Of a DNA stretch of 64,000 nt, positions 48,799 to 61,580 are shown piece after piece. Source of the stretch: Vicugna vicugna (Eukaryota); contig MU062380.1 in assembly GCA_013265495.1 (NCBI GenBank), positions 6,762,542 to 6,826,541 on the forward strand, given 5' to 3'. Positions within the stretch are counted from its first letter, which is position 1. Each line of letters begins with the position of its first letter. The notes under the pieces are model-generated. The model was not told where the DNA came from and made no database searches. It saw only the letters and a list, made by a program, of their open reading frames with translations. The translations under genes were made by a program, and so were the position numbers.

Positions 48799-50989
48799 GA
48801 TTACAAAAGTGGGATTTGCTTGTCAAAAGCAGTACATGTTTTAAATGTAACAGTTACTCCAATTAATTTCCAAACAGGTTTTAGAGTTCAGACTATCACG
48901 AGCAGTAACTGAGTGGTCCCTCATCCTCATCAGGGAATTTTTGATGTTTTCAAATGTCATTTGATTGATTTAAAAAATTTTATGGAAGAAGTAGGTTAAA
49001 AAAAGCTGTTTTTGGAAACAGCTTCTAGTGAGGATTAGTTCTGTGACTGGGAATGAATACTGGTGGTTAGATTGCTTCACCAGTAGAAAATGCCTATAAC
49101 TAATGCCTTCAATGCAATGGAGTGAAGGGTAATTCTTGGTTTCATAGTCATGTACTTTCAATTTACTATTAAGGACACAGGGAGAACACCTATTCCTAGC
49201 AAGGGAGCTGTTTCTAATTACTACTGCCCTTTCCCTTACGTAGGCTAGGATGAACCAAACTTTGAATGCCAGGTGCCTTTTTAAAGAGAAAGGAAGTTGA
49301 ACACAAGACAGTGAAGTCGTAATACCAAGTGCACTGGGCTGTTGGTGTGTTGGTGCTGGGCTAGGGATTCGCCTTGTCCACCATCAAGAGGTTGCCAAGA
49401 ACACAACTGTGGCTAAGTTTATTCTGACTGGAATGAAATTCACTGTATTCAGGATGAGGAGAATATTATTCTTTGTCTATATAATAAACAATGGGCTATA
49501 AATGAGGAATGAGATAGATCTTATTAATTTGTAAAATTACCAACCTTTTGTGAGTAATTTCTGTCCTTAGAGTGACTATATAGTTTATGGTTTGAACTGT
49601 GAAACTTTTGAGAGTGGAAGGAGCGCTACCAATAATTATGCTTTGGGAACAGGTGTACCAGGCAAGCTGAGATGTGTGATCACTCTACATATCCAAGACC
49701 TTCATTTTCTACTTCTCCCATATACATACTTCCAAGTCTGGAAGTGTAAAAAAAATTGAGTAAGTGCTGCACAGTAATATTTTTCATCTTGTTTACTTCT
49801 TTATAGCTATCATGCTCTGCCCCTCTTTCCATCTCTCATTTGCTTTTTTCTCCATTTTTCACAGTGCTATATTTCTTCATCTTCAAAATACAGTATTTCT
49901 GTTTCTAATTGTTAAGATTATAAATAGGAGAAAAAGATAACCTGAAATCCACTGCAAATTTCCTGGGTTCTAGTGTGGGTGCACCATGGAGCAATGATCC
50001 TGTCCTCTAAGTTTTGACTGTATACTTGCCCTTTGGTACTGTTCCATTAGCTTCAGTTTGTGTTCTTGAAATCCATTGTATGGGTTATTTTTAAGATAGG
50101 AACTCTTGAAATTCATGAAAAGAAATATATCTGAATATTCTAAAGACAGACAGATAGAGAGAGACCAAGAAGGGGAGAGGGCAAAAGGCAGAGGCTGGGC
50201 TAGATAGTACAAGGAAGAAAGGATGGGAATGCTACCCTGATGTAAATGATCAAATCCTTCAACTGCAGTGAGTGTCAGTTCTCTACACATACATTGTTAC
50301 TGCCTGACCACGTTAAACTAGACCTTAATGAATTTGCCTGTTAGTCTAAAGAGAGCCAATATTTGTTTTCTGAAGCAATTATTTGACTGACCTACCAACT
50401 GTGAAAATGCTTCTTCAAGTTAAGGATGGGGATAGGGAAGAAGAGGCAAGTTGTGTACATGACAGCCAGTGATTGACCTTCATCATCAAGGCTCATTTTA
50501 TGAAGAGTGAGTAGAAGGGAGGATTATTATTATGATCACTTTGTTCTATCTTGTAATTATAAAATGATCAGCACTTTAATGCTCAATGCATAGCTCTCAG
50601 CAAAATTAGAAAATGCACTTGCCCTGCATTCTTCAAGAAATACTTTGGGTTTTTTCTGATGTTACAGAAAGCTGATTTTCTGTGTTATTGTTTTCAACAT
50701 AAATTAAGAACATCTCTGGATATTTTTCAAAACTGTACACAAATAAATCATCTGTATTAGTTTATCTACCAAGTCCAGGGCCTGATTTTAGGGGTAGAGG
50801 GATTTGTTGTACTATTTATTCTTATTCTGGTGAATAAATGAACATACAGATTTAAAGGTATTGGGAGAGGGAAGGAGACTCTGGAGGATGTGTCAGGAGA
50901 CCACTGTTCTAGGATAGATAGATGTAGAACTCAAACCAGTACATGGTAGGTACTTATTGAATATTTGTTGAATGAGTAATTTCCAAAGC

Positions 50990-51115
50990 CTGCCTGAAAT
51001 ACCTGAGTGACAAGTGGCAACACATATAGTCTCTCTGGTTTTCAGTAACCTCCTTTGTAAGATGGAGGATAATGATCTGTATGGATTGTTTCATCTCTAA
51101 AATTCTGTGATTCAT
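50990..51115 (+). mobile_element. MIR3-like fragment
   Basis: ctctctggttttcagtaacctcctttgtaagatggagg...tctctaaaattctgtgattc. Confidence 0.55.
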
Positions 51116-52255
51116 ATTGATAATTAATAACAATGAAAATAGAAATAGGAATTGGCTCCAAAAGCCCACAGATACCCAGGCAAACTATAGAGAGGTATTA
51201 GAACTCTATCTGATGAGACACAGCCAGCCCTTGAGAAATAAATCATTTGTTCTGGTTGTAAGGGGAAAAACTCATTGGGCATACATGGTGCACATAAAAT
51301 TTAAAAATCTCATTAATAGGAACATCTAACAATGCAAAGTAGTACCCATCTTCATGAAATGCTTATCTGTGGCAATATGGTTATTTGCAATTAAAAGGTA
51401 ATTTTCTTTTTCATAAGTTTTGCCTGAGGTTCCAGAGTCTAACTCTTTTAGGATGTGTGTTAATTTTAATAATTTACACTCAGACTTCTTAATTTTTAGA
51501 ATACTTCTTGGTTTCTTCATCTCATTTCAAAATGCATTCTTCCTTTAGATTATGTGTATAGCATACCGTATTTATTTATTCACCAAGTATGGCATTCATA
51601 GTAAAGGAACACTCCAGAAGGGAGCAGTCAGTGGTTTTAAAACTATCCCTAATTCTGTTTTGTGTGTCTCTGTTTTGTTTTACTTCTTGTTTTTTCATCA
51701 TCTAGTTACATCAGCTCATCGAGGCTTAGTGCAGGACCAGCAGCTGACACTGCCATGCTGAATGCTAGGGAACACTTGCTAGATACTGCTTCCTGGGGTA
51801 TTATCTAGGTATTAACAAAATATTTTTTTCTCCCTCAGATCAATCACAGGAAAAAAAAAAGATGTTCTAAAATGTAACATTATTTGGAAATTAGGGGAAA
51901 CGTAAAAATCTAAAAACTGAAATTATGGAAATCAATGAAATCTTGAGCACAGTTTTATTACTGAATATGATTAAGTATCCATCCCAGTTTGCCTGTTTCT
52001 GGAAGTCACTGGAGACATCCCGTTTCAATGACTGTTAAAATAAGGTAATTAATTCTCTGCTCATTTACAGAAAAGAGAAGATTGACATACCCTAAGTCCT
52101 GAACCTGGGGACGGGTGTCTAGTTCCTCTCATTTCTTCAAGTGACCCCTGCTCTGGGGGTTGACAGCCCTGCAGAATTCTGATTTCTCCAATTTTACAAT
52201 AATAAAATTATTTTATAACTCTAGTAATGATGAGGATGTCAACAATAGTATGAGA

Positions 52256-52307
52256 CCGTTGATCTTTCACATACGGTTGATCTCTCACATACAATTGATC
52301 CCATACA
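52256..52307 (+). repeat. Degenerate 18-bp tandem repeat, about 3 copies
   Basis: ccgttgatctttcacata / cggttgatctctcacata / caattgatcccataca. Confidence 0.85.
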
Positions 52308-52419
52308 CAGCTACGTATTTCCCTTTATAAATCACTGCGAATCAACTTCCTCCATATTTTAATGCACAGGCTGCTATTTGGTTTTAAATAGCTTTACCTC
52401 ATCAAGCAGAGCAGGCAGT

Positions 52420-52530
52420 TAGGTGGCAATCTTTATGAGAGCAGAGACCGTATCTGTCATTTTATCCATAGTACTTGGCACAGTGCCTAGCACAGAATTA
52501 TGTGTCCAAAAGATATTTGTTGAACAAATA
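52420..52530 (+). mobile_element. L2 3' tail
   Basis: ttatgagagcagagaccgtatctgtc...cacagtgcctagcacag...gatatttgttgaacaaataaa. Confidence 0.85.
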
Positions 52531-52724
52531 AAATACGTACACGCATGTGTGTATACACAGACACACAGACACAGGAAACACAGTCTACTTGTTTATAGCC
52601 TAAAAGAAATTAAAGGGAGTTTTAACAAATGTCTGCAGTTCGTTAAATATATAGAACTCAGAGAGTGAGGTCTAAATGAATTTAAGGAAACCTATTTTTC
52701 TCTTTTTCATTGTTTCGCTGCTGG

Positions 52725-52915
52725 AAATATTGAGTTAGCCAGATCTAGCTTTGAACCTTGAGTATTAAACTGACTACATAAATATGTATCTTCCTAGTTT
52801 TCTCCTCTTTAACATCAGAGTAATAATGCTTACCTCTTAGGGTTGTCGTATGGGTTAAATATACTTATACACCTGATACATTTTGTGTCTTGATACATAG
52901 TCATTATTCAATTAT
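52725..52915 (+). mobile_element. MIR SINE
   Basis: taataatgcttacctcttagggttgtcgtatgggttaaat...tgatacatagtc. Confidence 0.7.
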
Positions 52916-55779
52916 TATAGAGCTTGCATGAAAATTAGAGTTGGAGTCAATGGGAGGGAAGTTCCAGATGTTGGCATTAAGTGAGTGTCAGATATGATGA
53001 TTATAGGAGGTGGAATGGAAAAGGCTGGAGATAGAGATTTCTTTAGAAACAGGATATGGTTAAATAAAATCTCCTCTGTTGAAGGGCTTCTCAAATATCT
53101 TTGCAAATTTGCACTGAGTTGCTATATAATGTTTTCTCGCCTCAACTCCGCTTTGGCTTGATAGCCGAATGACTGATTGATATCAGTTATTCCACTTTGT
53201 GTTAGACTTACCTTGTCCCACAAGCCATAAATGACTAGGGGAATTCTGGGTGATTTGCTTTTCCTTTTAGAATTTTACAGTCTTTTTTCCACTCAAATCT
53301 TTATGCACGTCTCTTGTCTGCATCTATAAAGTAACAGCTGGGTTGGACTAAAAGTGGAAGTACAGTGCACTTATGACCTAATACTTGTAGCCAATCCATA
53401 TGGCAAAACTACCTGGCATTTAGTGAGGCGTGGTAGTATCGCTATACTCTGATGTGATCACACATTCCTGCTAATTTTTTTGTTTAATTCTTTTTGGTGA
53501 TAAACTACATTGGTGAGCTTATCAAGCTATAGTTTAAATCCATGTATTTCTTAAAATGTTGCCTTTTGCACAACTATTACCTTAAGATTGTGGCAGGGAG
53601 ATTCTCACATATTATGTAGCTTCCCTCAAACTTATGAGTAATAAATTTACTCTCTCACAATGTCTATACAGTGATGCTATAATTGAAAACTACCCAGGTT
53701 CATTTGAAGATCTTGTGGCCGAAGAATCCCTACCTGGATGTGCTTGAAACCAAAACAGACTCTGCAGGCCGGCTCATCCTGACTCTCTGTGCAGTTCAGG
53801 GTGACCTGCATTCTGTCTTCAGCTCCTGTTGTGTTGATCCAGGCTGTACCTCTTGGAAGCTGAAGACATTTATGAGGCATGGAAAACATAGTTCTTATGC
53901 TTGGCCACTAATAATCAACACAGAGAGCCACGCTATCAGTAAACCCCGAGTGACCTGAATCTATCATAAAGGCTGCCTGAGGCCAGCAGCACAGGTCACT
54001 TTATACACAGCACAATGCATTCTACTGACATGTCTGGCTAAACTGGCTGCCTTAGGGGACTGTCCTGTTTCCATTAAAACACTTGTATTAGGAAATTACC
54101 TGAAACCTAAGAAGCTATTTTCTTTACTATTAGAATATAAATAACAAGTGGACCCTGGTGATTATTTTATTGCTTTCACATTCTCCATCAATCCCTTCGG
54201 GCCAGTCAGTGGCAGATCTGGGGTGGGTTTTTGCTCTGCCTGCATTGCCTACTTTCAGGGTCACAGACCTGTCCTCTCGGTAGCTTAGGGGCTCTTTAGT
54301 GACCCATGTTTCACTGTGTTTGCTCTACAGCAGATGTCTGACTCTTTAAAGTTTCCCCTGAGCGAGATATTCTGTCTTTCCAAATACATCACAAGGAGGT
54401 GCAAGAATTTCACATTTTCTTGCCTTCCACTCCAGGGATCAGTGATGGATGGTCACTGCAGTTCTTTTTTTTTTTTCCCCCTCTGATTTCCCCACTTTTG
54501 TTTGTTAATCCTACATACTTCATCACTTACTTTGTTCCCAAATTGTATCTCCCTGGTGTTGTAAATACTTAACCCATAATGGAACTACTTTTCATCTCTC
54601 CTTCACTTTCTTTCTCACATTTTCACTTTGGAAGGAATCCATCAATATTGACTCTTGAATCATGAAAATGATCCTACAGTCACTGAATTATAGCGTCATA
54701 GAATGTTGGAGCTGGAAGGGAGCGAAGTTATATTTCTCTTGCATCCAGTACTTCCAATAGAGCATGTCCTGGCTCATTGTAGCTGCATGAAAATTTCCCC
54801 CATGCAGCTTCATATGTCGTAAAGCATGTCACATGCTCTTGATGTTTAGGGTTTTAATGCAGAACTCCAAACATCCATTAAATTGAGGCCATTCAATCTC
54901 TAAGACTATGCTGCTGCTATTTTAGCAGCTTGAAATGGTGCAGGGGGCACTTCCAAATAATGAGCATTTGCCACTTGAAGGCTTAGAAAATGTGATTTGA
55001 AGGACACAGAGGTGGTCCAAATCAAAACATGTTCTTTATCTACTGGGCAGAGACCTCTTTGTGAGGAAGAGGATATTGTCCCTTATGCATATATTTGAGA
55101 CTTATTAAACTGTTATCTCACATCCTGGCATCTTGATATAAATTGGTTCAGATCCTCCAATTTCTTTCCCCTATTGTTTCACTTAGAAGGAGAAAGTTCC
55201 TAGAGCTGAATAATGAAAAGCAAGATTTGATGTGGGTTCTAGAAACAAGGATGAGGAAATTAACTTTTGACTGAAGAGCCTGGTAATGGAGACCAGTGTT
55301 AATAAGAAAGGCACTAAAACCACAGTACACAGAATTTAATTGTTCTCAGTAACAACTCCCAACTGCTCGAGTTTCTCTACCATGAGATTGGGAAGAGGAT
55401 CTTCAGTGTTCTCCAACAGCATGGCCAGCAGAAAGGACTGTTATCAGTATGGGTGATGTCAAGAAGTGATCTCAACCACTAACCATGTGCTAAGACTGCC
55501 AACCCACTTAGATGCTTTTTTACGCTGTTGTAATACCATTGTTAAATTTTTACATTTACATAGCCCTTTCACCTGAGGGAATTATACCTTTCAAGTACTG
55601 ACTTGGTGCAATCCTAGCTCTGTTTATTACTTATCCAGACAATACACATGTAGTTGGTTTAATTTTTTCCCTTAAACACATCATTTGATTTCTTTCAGTC
55701 ATTTTGTGCTATCCTCTGTACTTCCCCCAATTTCTCAACGTATTTCAAGTGACGAGAGGCCTCGCGCTGTAGGTTAGCC

Positions 55780-56060
55780 TAACCAGAATCAAGGAGGGTG
55801 GGAATCATTTCTCTGTGTTTTCTTCTGCCCCAACATAATGGATCATTGCATTCAGTTCAAAATAGCATCAGCCGTTTTGGCAGCCGTATCCTATTGCAAG
55901 CTGGTATCTCATTTGTCCTCTATTATTAGCTCTAGGTCTCCATCAGGGTTACTACTCTCCAGGTTTCTCCTGTCCATTGAATTATTGTGTTCAAGATGTA
56001 TTGGTTTTCATTTTTCTAAGCTGAGTCTCATTTTGTTATCTTTGAGTCATATCCTTACCC
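55780..56060 (-). mobile_element. L3/CR1 LINE fragment
   Basis: attcagttcaaaatagcatcagccgttttggcagcc...ccaggtttctcc resembles antisense CR1 RT-region sequence (aatgcagcctaagattgcattagctttttggcagcc). Confidence 0.55.
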
Positions 56061-56742
56061 ACCCTAGGTCCATTTATATAACATTTAGGAACTTCAGTGG
56101 TGCCTGCCATACATCTTAACTTATTATCACCTGTAAGTCCCATTAATGAGCTATTTCTACTTTTTTCTTACCCAGGAGATCATTAGCATAATGAAAATAA
56201 CCCTTCTTCCAGGTCATTTTTAAAGAGATTTATTAGGACCTGAGCTAAGAATACCCCAACAAGAAAAATACTATTTAGCACTATTTTCATACATAACAAG
56301 GGTGTTCTTTCTACTCCTTTTCATTTTGAGTTATGTGAATTAATTGCAATTATTTTCTTAATGGAGATTCTTGAGAGTTTGCTAATATGTATTTTCATGG
56401 AGACTATATTTTACCTATGCATGAGTTGGACTTGTTAAAATAAAAATCACTGTTCAAATTGTTTAAATGTCATTATCTCTGTTACTTGGAGGCCATCTGG
56501 ATTCCTAAAGGATTGTTTAGCTTCTCTTTCCTCCATATGCCACATAAGTAATCACATCACCTTCTCCTCTTATAGGAGGACTGGTGATGTGCACAGAGCT
56601 TATCAGAAATATTTCCCTTCTGTTAAGTTGGAAGAGCCAAAGACTTCCTAATTGGTTGTGCTTATGTAGGATGACTTTTGGAGAGTCTAGACATGGGGAA
56701 TTGAAAAAGGATGTTGACTTGCCATAAGAATTCCAGAGTTCT

Positions 56743-57473
56743 CTCCTACACTGCTGGTGGGAATGCAGTTTGGTGCAGCCGCTATGGAAAACAGTGTGGC
56801 GATTCCTCTAAAGACTAGGAATAGACTTACCATATGACCCAGGAATCCCACTCCTGGGCTTAAATCCAGAAGGAGCCCTACTTCAGGANNNNNNNNNNNN
56901 NNNNNNNNNNNNNNNNNNNNNNNNNNNNNNNNNNNNNNNNNNNNNNNNNNNNNNNNNNNNNNNNNNNNNNNNNNNNNNNNNNNNNNNNNNNNNNNNNNNN
57001 NNNNNNNNNNNNNNNNNNNNNNNNNNNNNNNNNNNNNNNNNNNTATTTGCAGCAACATGGATGCTCCTGGAGAATGTCATTCTAAGTGAAGTAAGCCAGA
57101 GAGAGAAAGAAAAATACCATATGAAATACCATATGGCCCATATGTGGAATCTAAAAAACAAAAACAAAAACAGAAATGAAGCATAAATACAAAACAGAAA
57201 TAGACTCATAGACATAGAATACAAACTTGTGATTGCCAAGGGGGCGGAGGTTGGGAAGGGATAGATGGGATTTCAAAATTGTAGAATAATAAACAAGATT
57301 ATACTGTATAGCACAGGGAAATATACACAAAATCTTATGGTAGCTCACAGAGAAAAAAATGTGACAATGAATATATATATATGTTCATATATAACTGAAA
57401 AATTGTGCTGAACACTGGAATTTGACACAACATTGTAAAATGATTATAAATCAATAAAAAGTGTTTAAAAAAA
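56743..57473 (+). mobile_element. Relatively young 5'-truncated L1 (camelid-type 3' UTR)
   Basis: ORF2 C-terminus LLHCWWECSLVQPLWKTVWRFL*RLGIDLPYDPGIPLLG; AATAAA plus A-tail; 17-bp TSD AAGAATTCCAGAGTTCT (56726-56742) vs AAGAATTCCAGGGTTCT (57474-57490). Confidence 0.95.
56889..57043. other. N run (155 bp) inside L1
   Basis: Direct observation. Confidence 0.98.
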
Positions 57474-57944
57474 AAGAATTCCAGGGTTCTAAGCTTTACT
57501 GAGCAGTGAAGACAATTATTCTGATAGAGTCTTGGTTCTCTATTTGCAGAGTATTGTCTGTAGGCTATGTGGCAGATATACACTACTATTTTAAATATGT
57601 ATATAGAAGTTATGGTTAGTAACAAAATATACATTTTTTTCCTAACATGAATACTGCTATCATATGAGTTTCCAGGGGTCGTTATAACATTTTAAAAAAA
57701 AAAGTTCTCATGTTGGAAAATGTTGGGTTCACTGATCTGGAAAAAATATTTCAATGCAATGTCTCGTCTGTACAAGGAGTGTATTGGGAAGGACAGATTC
57801 TGGAATCCTTTTTTCTATCATAAGATCTATCTGCCGTGACTTGGATGTATTCTGTTGATTTCCCTCAATCTTTAGGATTAATGGCTTTGACCTCCACTGA
57901 AATAACTAGGGATCTTTGATATTTAGGTATAGCAATAACAAAGA

Positions 57945-58170
57945 TAGTAGCAATAATTATTAAATCCTCTCTATGCTATAGGCATTATACCAGGCACATT
58001 CTTACACATTGCTGCTTTTAATCTACCACAACACTGAGATATGCTCTTCTCTCCAATTTACATTTCTGTAAATCTGGTCTTCTGAGAGCATAAGCAGATT
58101 ACCAAAGTCACACAGGTTTTAATTGAATGACAAAGCCAGAAGGATCTGATTCTCTAATCCTTGTTCCACC
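57945..58170 (-). mobile_element. MIR SINE
   Basis: taggcattataccaggcac...aatctaccacaacactgagat...taagcagattaccaaagtcacacag. Confidence 0.75.
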
Positions 58171-58214
58171 CACAGTACCTTGCATGATTTCTGGCCATGA
58201 GGCATGTTCTACCT

Positions 58215-58690
58215 CACAATGCTCAAGACTCTGTGGGTCAAGAATTTGGGTGGGGCCTCACGAGGACCGCATTTTTCTGCTTCATGATATCTGGGACTTA
58301 ACTGGGAAGACCCAAAGCTGTGGGGACTCAACGGCTTGGAGTGACTCCATATCTGGAGACATCTTCACCTAGGTATATGGCCACTGATGCTGGCTATTGA
58401 CTGGTTCCTCAGCTGGGACAGTCATCCAAAGCGCCTATAATGATGCCTTTCTGTGGAGCATGACAGCCTGAGACTTGTCACCTGGTGGATCAAGGCTCTG
58501 AAGGCAAGTGTCTTAGGGAATCAGAAAGAAATTGTATCATCTTTTTTTGATCTACACTTGGGAGATCATTTGTGTCAGTTCCTCTGTGCTCTATTGGTCA
58601 ACTGTTAGCCCGGATTTAAGGGGAGAGGATGTAGACCCCACTTCTCCTTGGGAAGTATCAATTTTCAGACATGTTTAAAACTTTTATAAT
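58215..58690 (-). mobile_element. MaLR solo LTR (MLT1F/G/H-like)
   Basis: ctctgtgggtcaagaatttgggtgggg...tgatgctggctattgactgg...aggggagaggatgtagaccccacttct...catgtttaaaac. Confidence 0.75.
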
Positions 58691-58789
58691 TCAAATTTGA
58701 TGTGGATTCTTGAAGAACTCTCTTGTGGCTTTGGTTTCTTTACTGTGATTCTTAACAAGGGCTGCAAGTCATCATCATTGGGAAGCACG

Positions 58790-58940
58790 ATAAACCTATC
58801 AAGTTTTGGACTCTACTCCAAGTATTCTGAAACAAAATCTCAAGGAGATGAGCTTGGGAATCTGTAGTTTTACCAAACTTCTGGTGATTCTTAGACAGCA
58901 GGCCTAACTAAGCACTAAAATTTACTTGCATAGCCTCTGT
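58790..58940. mobile_element. MER5A-family MITE fragment
   Basis: ctactccaagtattctgaaacaaaatctc...ttgggaatctgtagttttaccaaacttctggtgattctta. Confidence 0.6.
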
Positions 58941-60049
58941 AGGTGGAGATGTTCCCAAAAGCTGGCAGCCAGACCCACTCTTGGTAGGGCTGTCCCAACC
59001 TGGTAAACTCCTTGACCTCTGCTATTATGGCTGCTTGTATGTCATTCTCACCTCTCCTCCCTGCCTTGGAGAGGCCTCTGAAGCCCTACAAAATACCACC
59101 TCTACATTTGCAAAAGGAATCCTGGGAGCTCCTTTCCCCATCTCATCAGGGATGGATGACAGGACTTTAAGCATAATCTCTGCTGAAGCTATCACAGCAA
59201 GGGGTGTACCAACTTAAAGTTGTCAGTTGATAATCACTCTACTGAGGATGGTTGGGCCAGAAGCACCCAGTGATTTGATTTGCATATTTATAACTTGATA
59301 TGTGCACAAGTGCCCCTTAGGGGTGCCACTGCAGCAGCTCCAACTCCAATGAAAGCATCTTCAAAGAGCCTTGCCAGCTTCCTTCAGCATTTTTTTTTTC
59401 CTGAGTTTTAGAACCAGAGGAGTGTGGCAGTCCATACCTCAGGAGAAACGGCTGATAAAATCTATTAACTCTTTCTCTCCTTAGACATCGTATCTCACAG
59501 CTGCATCAGCAACCAGGGAATCTGAGCACTGCTTCAACTAAAAATGAAAGAGAAAGGATGCTTCTGTTTTACCTTCCTGGTTCCCAGTCTTCAGATTGTC
59601 AGGAGTTTCACACATCTACTATCCATGCATGGAGAGGGAGAGAAGAGACTATAAAGGACCCGCTGGGGAGGATGAAGAGATTTGAGGAAAGAGTGCTTGC
59701 AAGAAGAGCTTTCTGTAGCTTTGAGACTGGAGGTCACTTGGTAGTTATCTTGAGCAAGGGCCTAGTTACTAAGGAGACTGACCTGCAATTCAACTGCGGA
59801 GACTGTGAAGAGAACCCCACAGCATTCATCCATTGGGCAGGAACGTCAAACTCAGCTTGCTTAGAAGCATGTTCTTCAAATCCTTCACAGTGGTGAGAGT
59901 TTTTAGAAAAAGTAGGTAAAACAAGCAAAAACCAATGAAAACCGTGTTATAGCCTCTGTAGGAGTGGAGTAAAGTTGTGGAGGGTAAGAGGCAACCAGGT
60001 AACATTTTTCCTTCCTTTTTCTCTTTTTTGGTTATTTCATACTGGGTCC

Positions 60050-60245
60050 AACTACCTGTATCTTCAGAAGTGTATTTCTCGAACAGTCTGCATCCAAATC
60101 CCTTAGGAGTGTTATGAAAAATGAACGTATCTAGAACCCACCTTAGATCTACTGAGTCAGAAAATCTAGGGGTGGGACCCTGAATCACAATTAATAACAA
60201 GTTTCTCAATGACTCTGAAAGACACTCAAGTTGAAGAGGTATTAA
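60050..60245. mobile_element. MER5A-family MITE
   Basis: gatctactgagtcagaaaatctaggggtgggaccctgaatc...ttaataacaagtttctcaatgactctga. Confidence 0.75.
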
Positions 60246-61409
60246 CCTAGATCCTGACATTGCCAATGTTGGGGGAGCCAGCAAGGGTGTTGCAAAAGTC
60301 TTTATTAACAAGCACACACTCTTTCTCTGTCCTTGTCCCTCAAGGGGACCTACGAGCACTAGGACGGTCTTTTGAAGTTTGATGGTGTTAAGTAGTTGAC
60401 CTTTATGAAATAGTCAGAGTCTTCTTTGATATTAATTAGCCATTAGGTCAGCAAACATTCTAAAGGACAGGGCTACCTATAGTGCTGAATACAGTAAAAA
60501 TGACTCTTTGGTTTTTTAATAAAAGTTAGAGACCATTTTCTATATTTGAACCCAGGAAAATTGCTTGTCCAAATGACTACTAAATTTCTTCAGCCCTGGA
60601 AGAGCCAATAGAGGCTGTATAACATTCTAATCAATGTAAACACCTAACAGATATCAAATTAACTGTGGATGTGCTTTAATAAATGAACACTGTGCATGTG
60701 AGTTAATAGCCCTTTTGGCTAAATTGCTTGTAAGTGATACAGTAAAAAGAAATGGAGAGTAGTAACTACTCAGCACCTGGTATGTGCCAGGCACTGTGTT
60801 AGGTATTGACATTCAGAATTTTGTTTGATTCAATGCAAATAGGCTTTATATTATATAAAAAATATCATTGTAAATAAGTTAACCAGATTCTTACTGCTCA
60901 TTTATTATGCACAACACTAATTGCCCCCACCACCACCAAATAAATCACTGAAAATAAAATGGAGGTGATTGGAAAAGTATTTAGATGTAGTGCCATCTAA
61001 CATTTGAAGTGAAGTTAAATGGTTTATTTGTTCTAGTCTAGTCTTTGCCATTAAATCGTAGAGTCCTCCTCCATAATATTTGGAAAATGTATGAACACTT
61101 GGTGTTGGCAGAATTGTTGATTCTTGAAAATTTGGACACCACTACATTTGTGACTTTTTTTCTTTGATAGTTAAGCATTTGCATATATAGCACCACAGAA
61201 TTTTAGATTTGGCTAAAACATTTACTTTTTAGATGAAGAAGCCAAAATCCAGAAGCCATATTTATTAAAAATGTTTTTTCTACTAACACTTTTTAGTCTT
61301 ATTCTTAATAATGAAATCTATTTTAATCTCAATGAATTTCACTAAGCCAGAAACAACTAGAATTATTTTGATATAACAATATTCATGGGAAAAAATGTGT
61401 TAAATAGCA

Positions 61410-61580
61410 TTGTGTGTCGATTTCTTCCCTTATAGCTGATATGCCTTGGGTGACTGTGCTTTAGTTTCTTTAACCCTAAAATAGGAATAAGAGATGAATC
61501 AAATTCATTGGGATGTTATGAGAACTAAATTAGAAAATGTACATTCAGTTCTTAGCATAGAGCTTATTAAAGTTAGATAC
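61410..61580 (+). mobile_element. MIR SINE
   Basis: agctgatatgccttgggtg...tttagtttctttaaccctaaaataggaataa...gatgttatgagaactaaattag. Confidence 0.75.

Noticed and set aside
59826-60359. 177-aa ORF
   Set aside because: Crosses a MER5A-family MITE and an A/G-rich tract; no recognisable protein.
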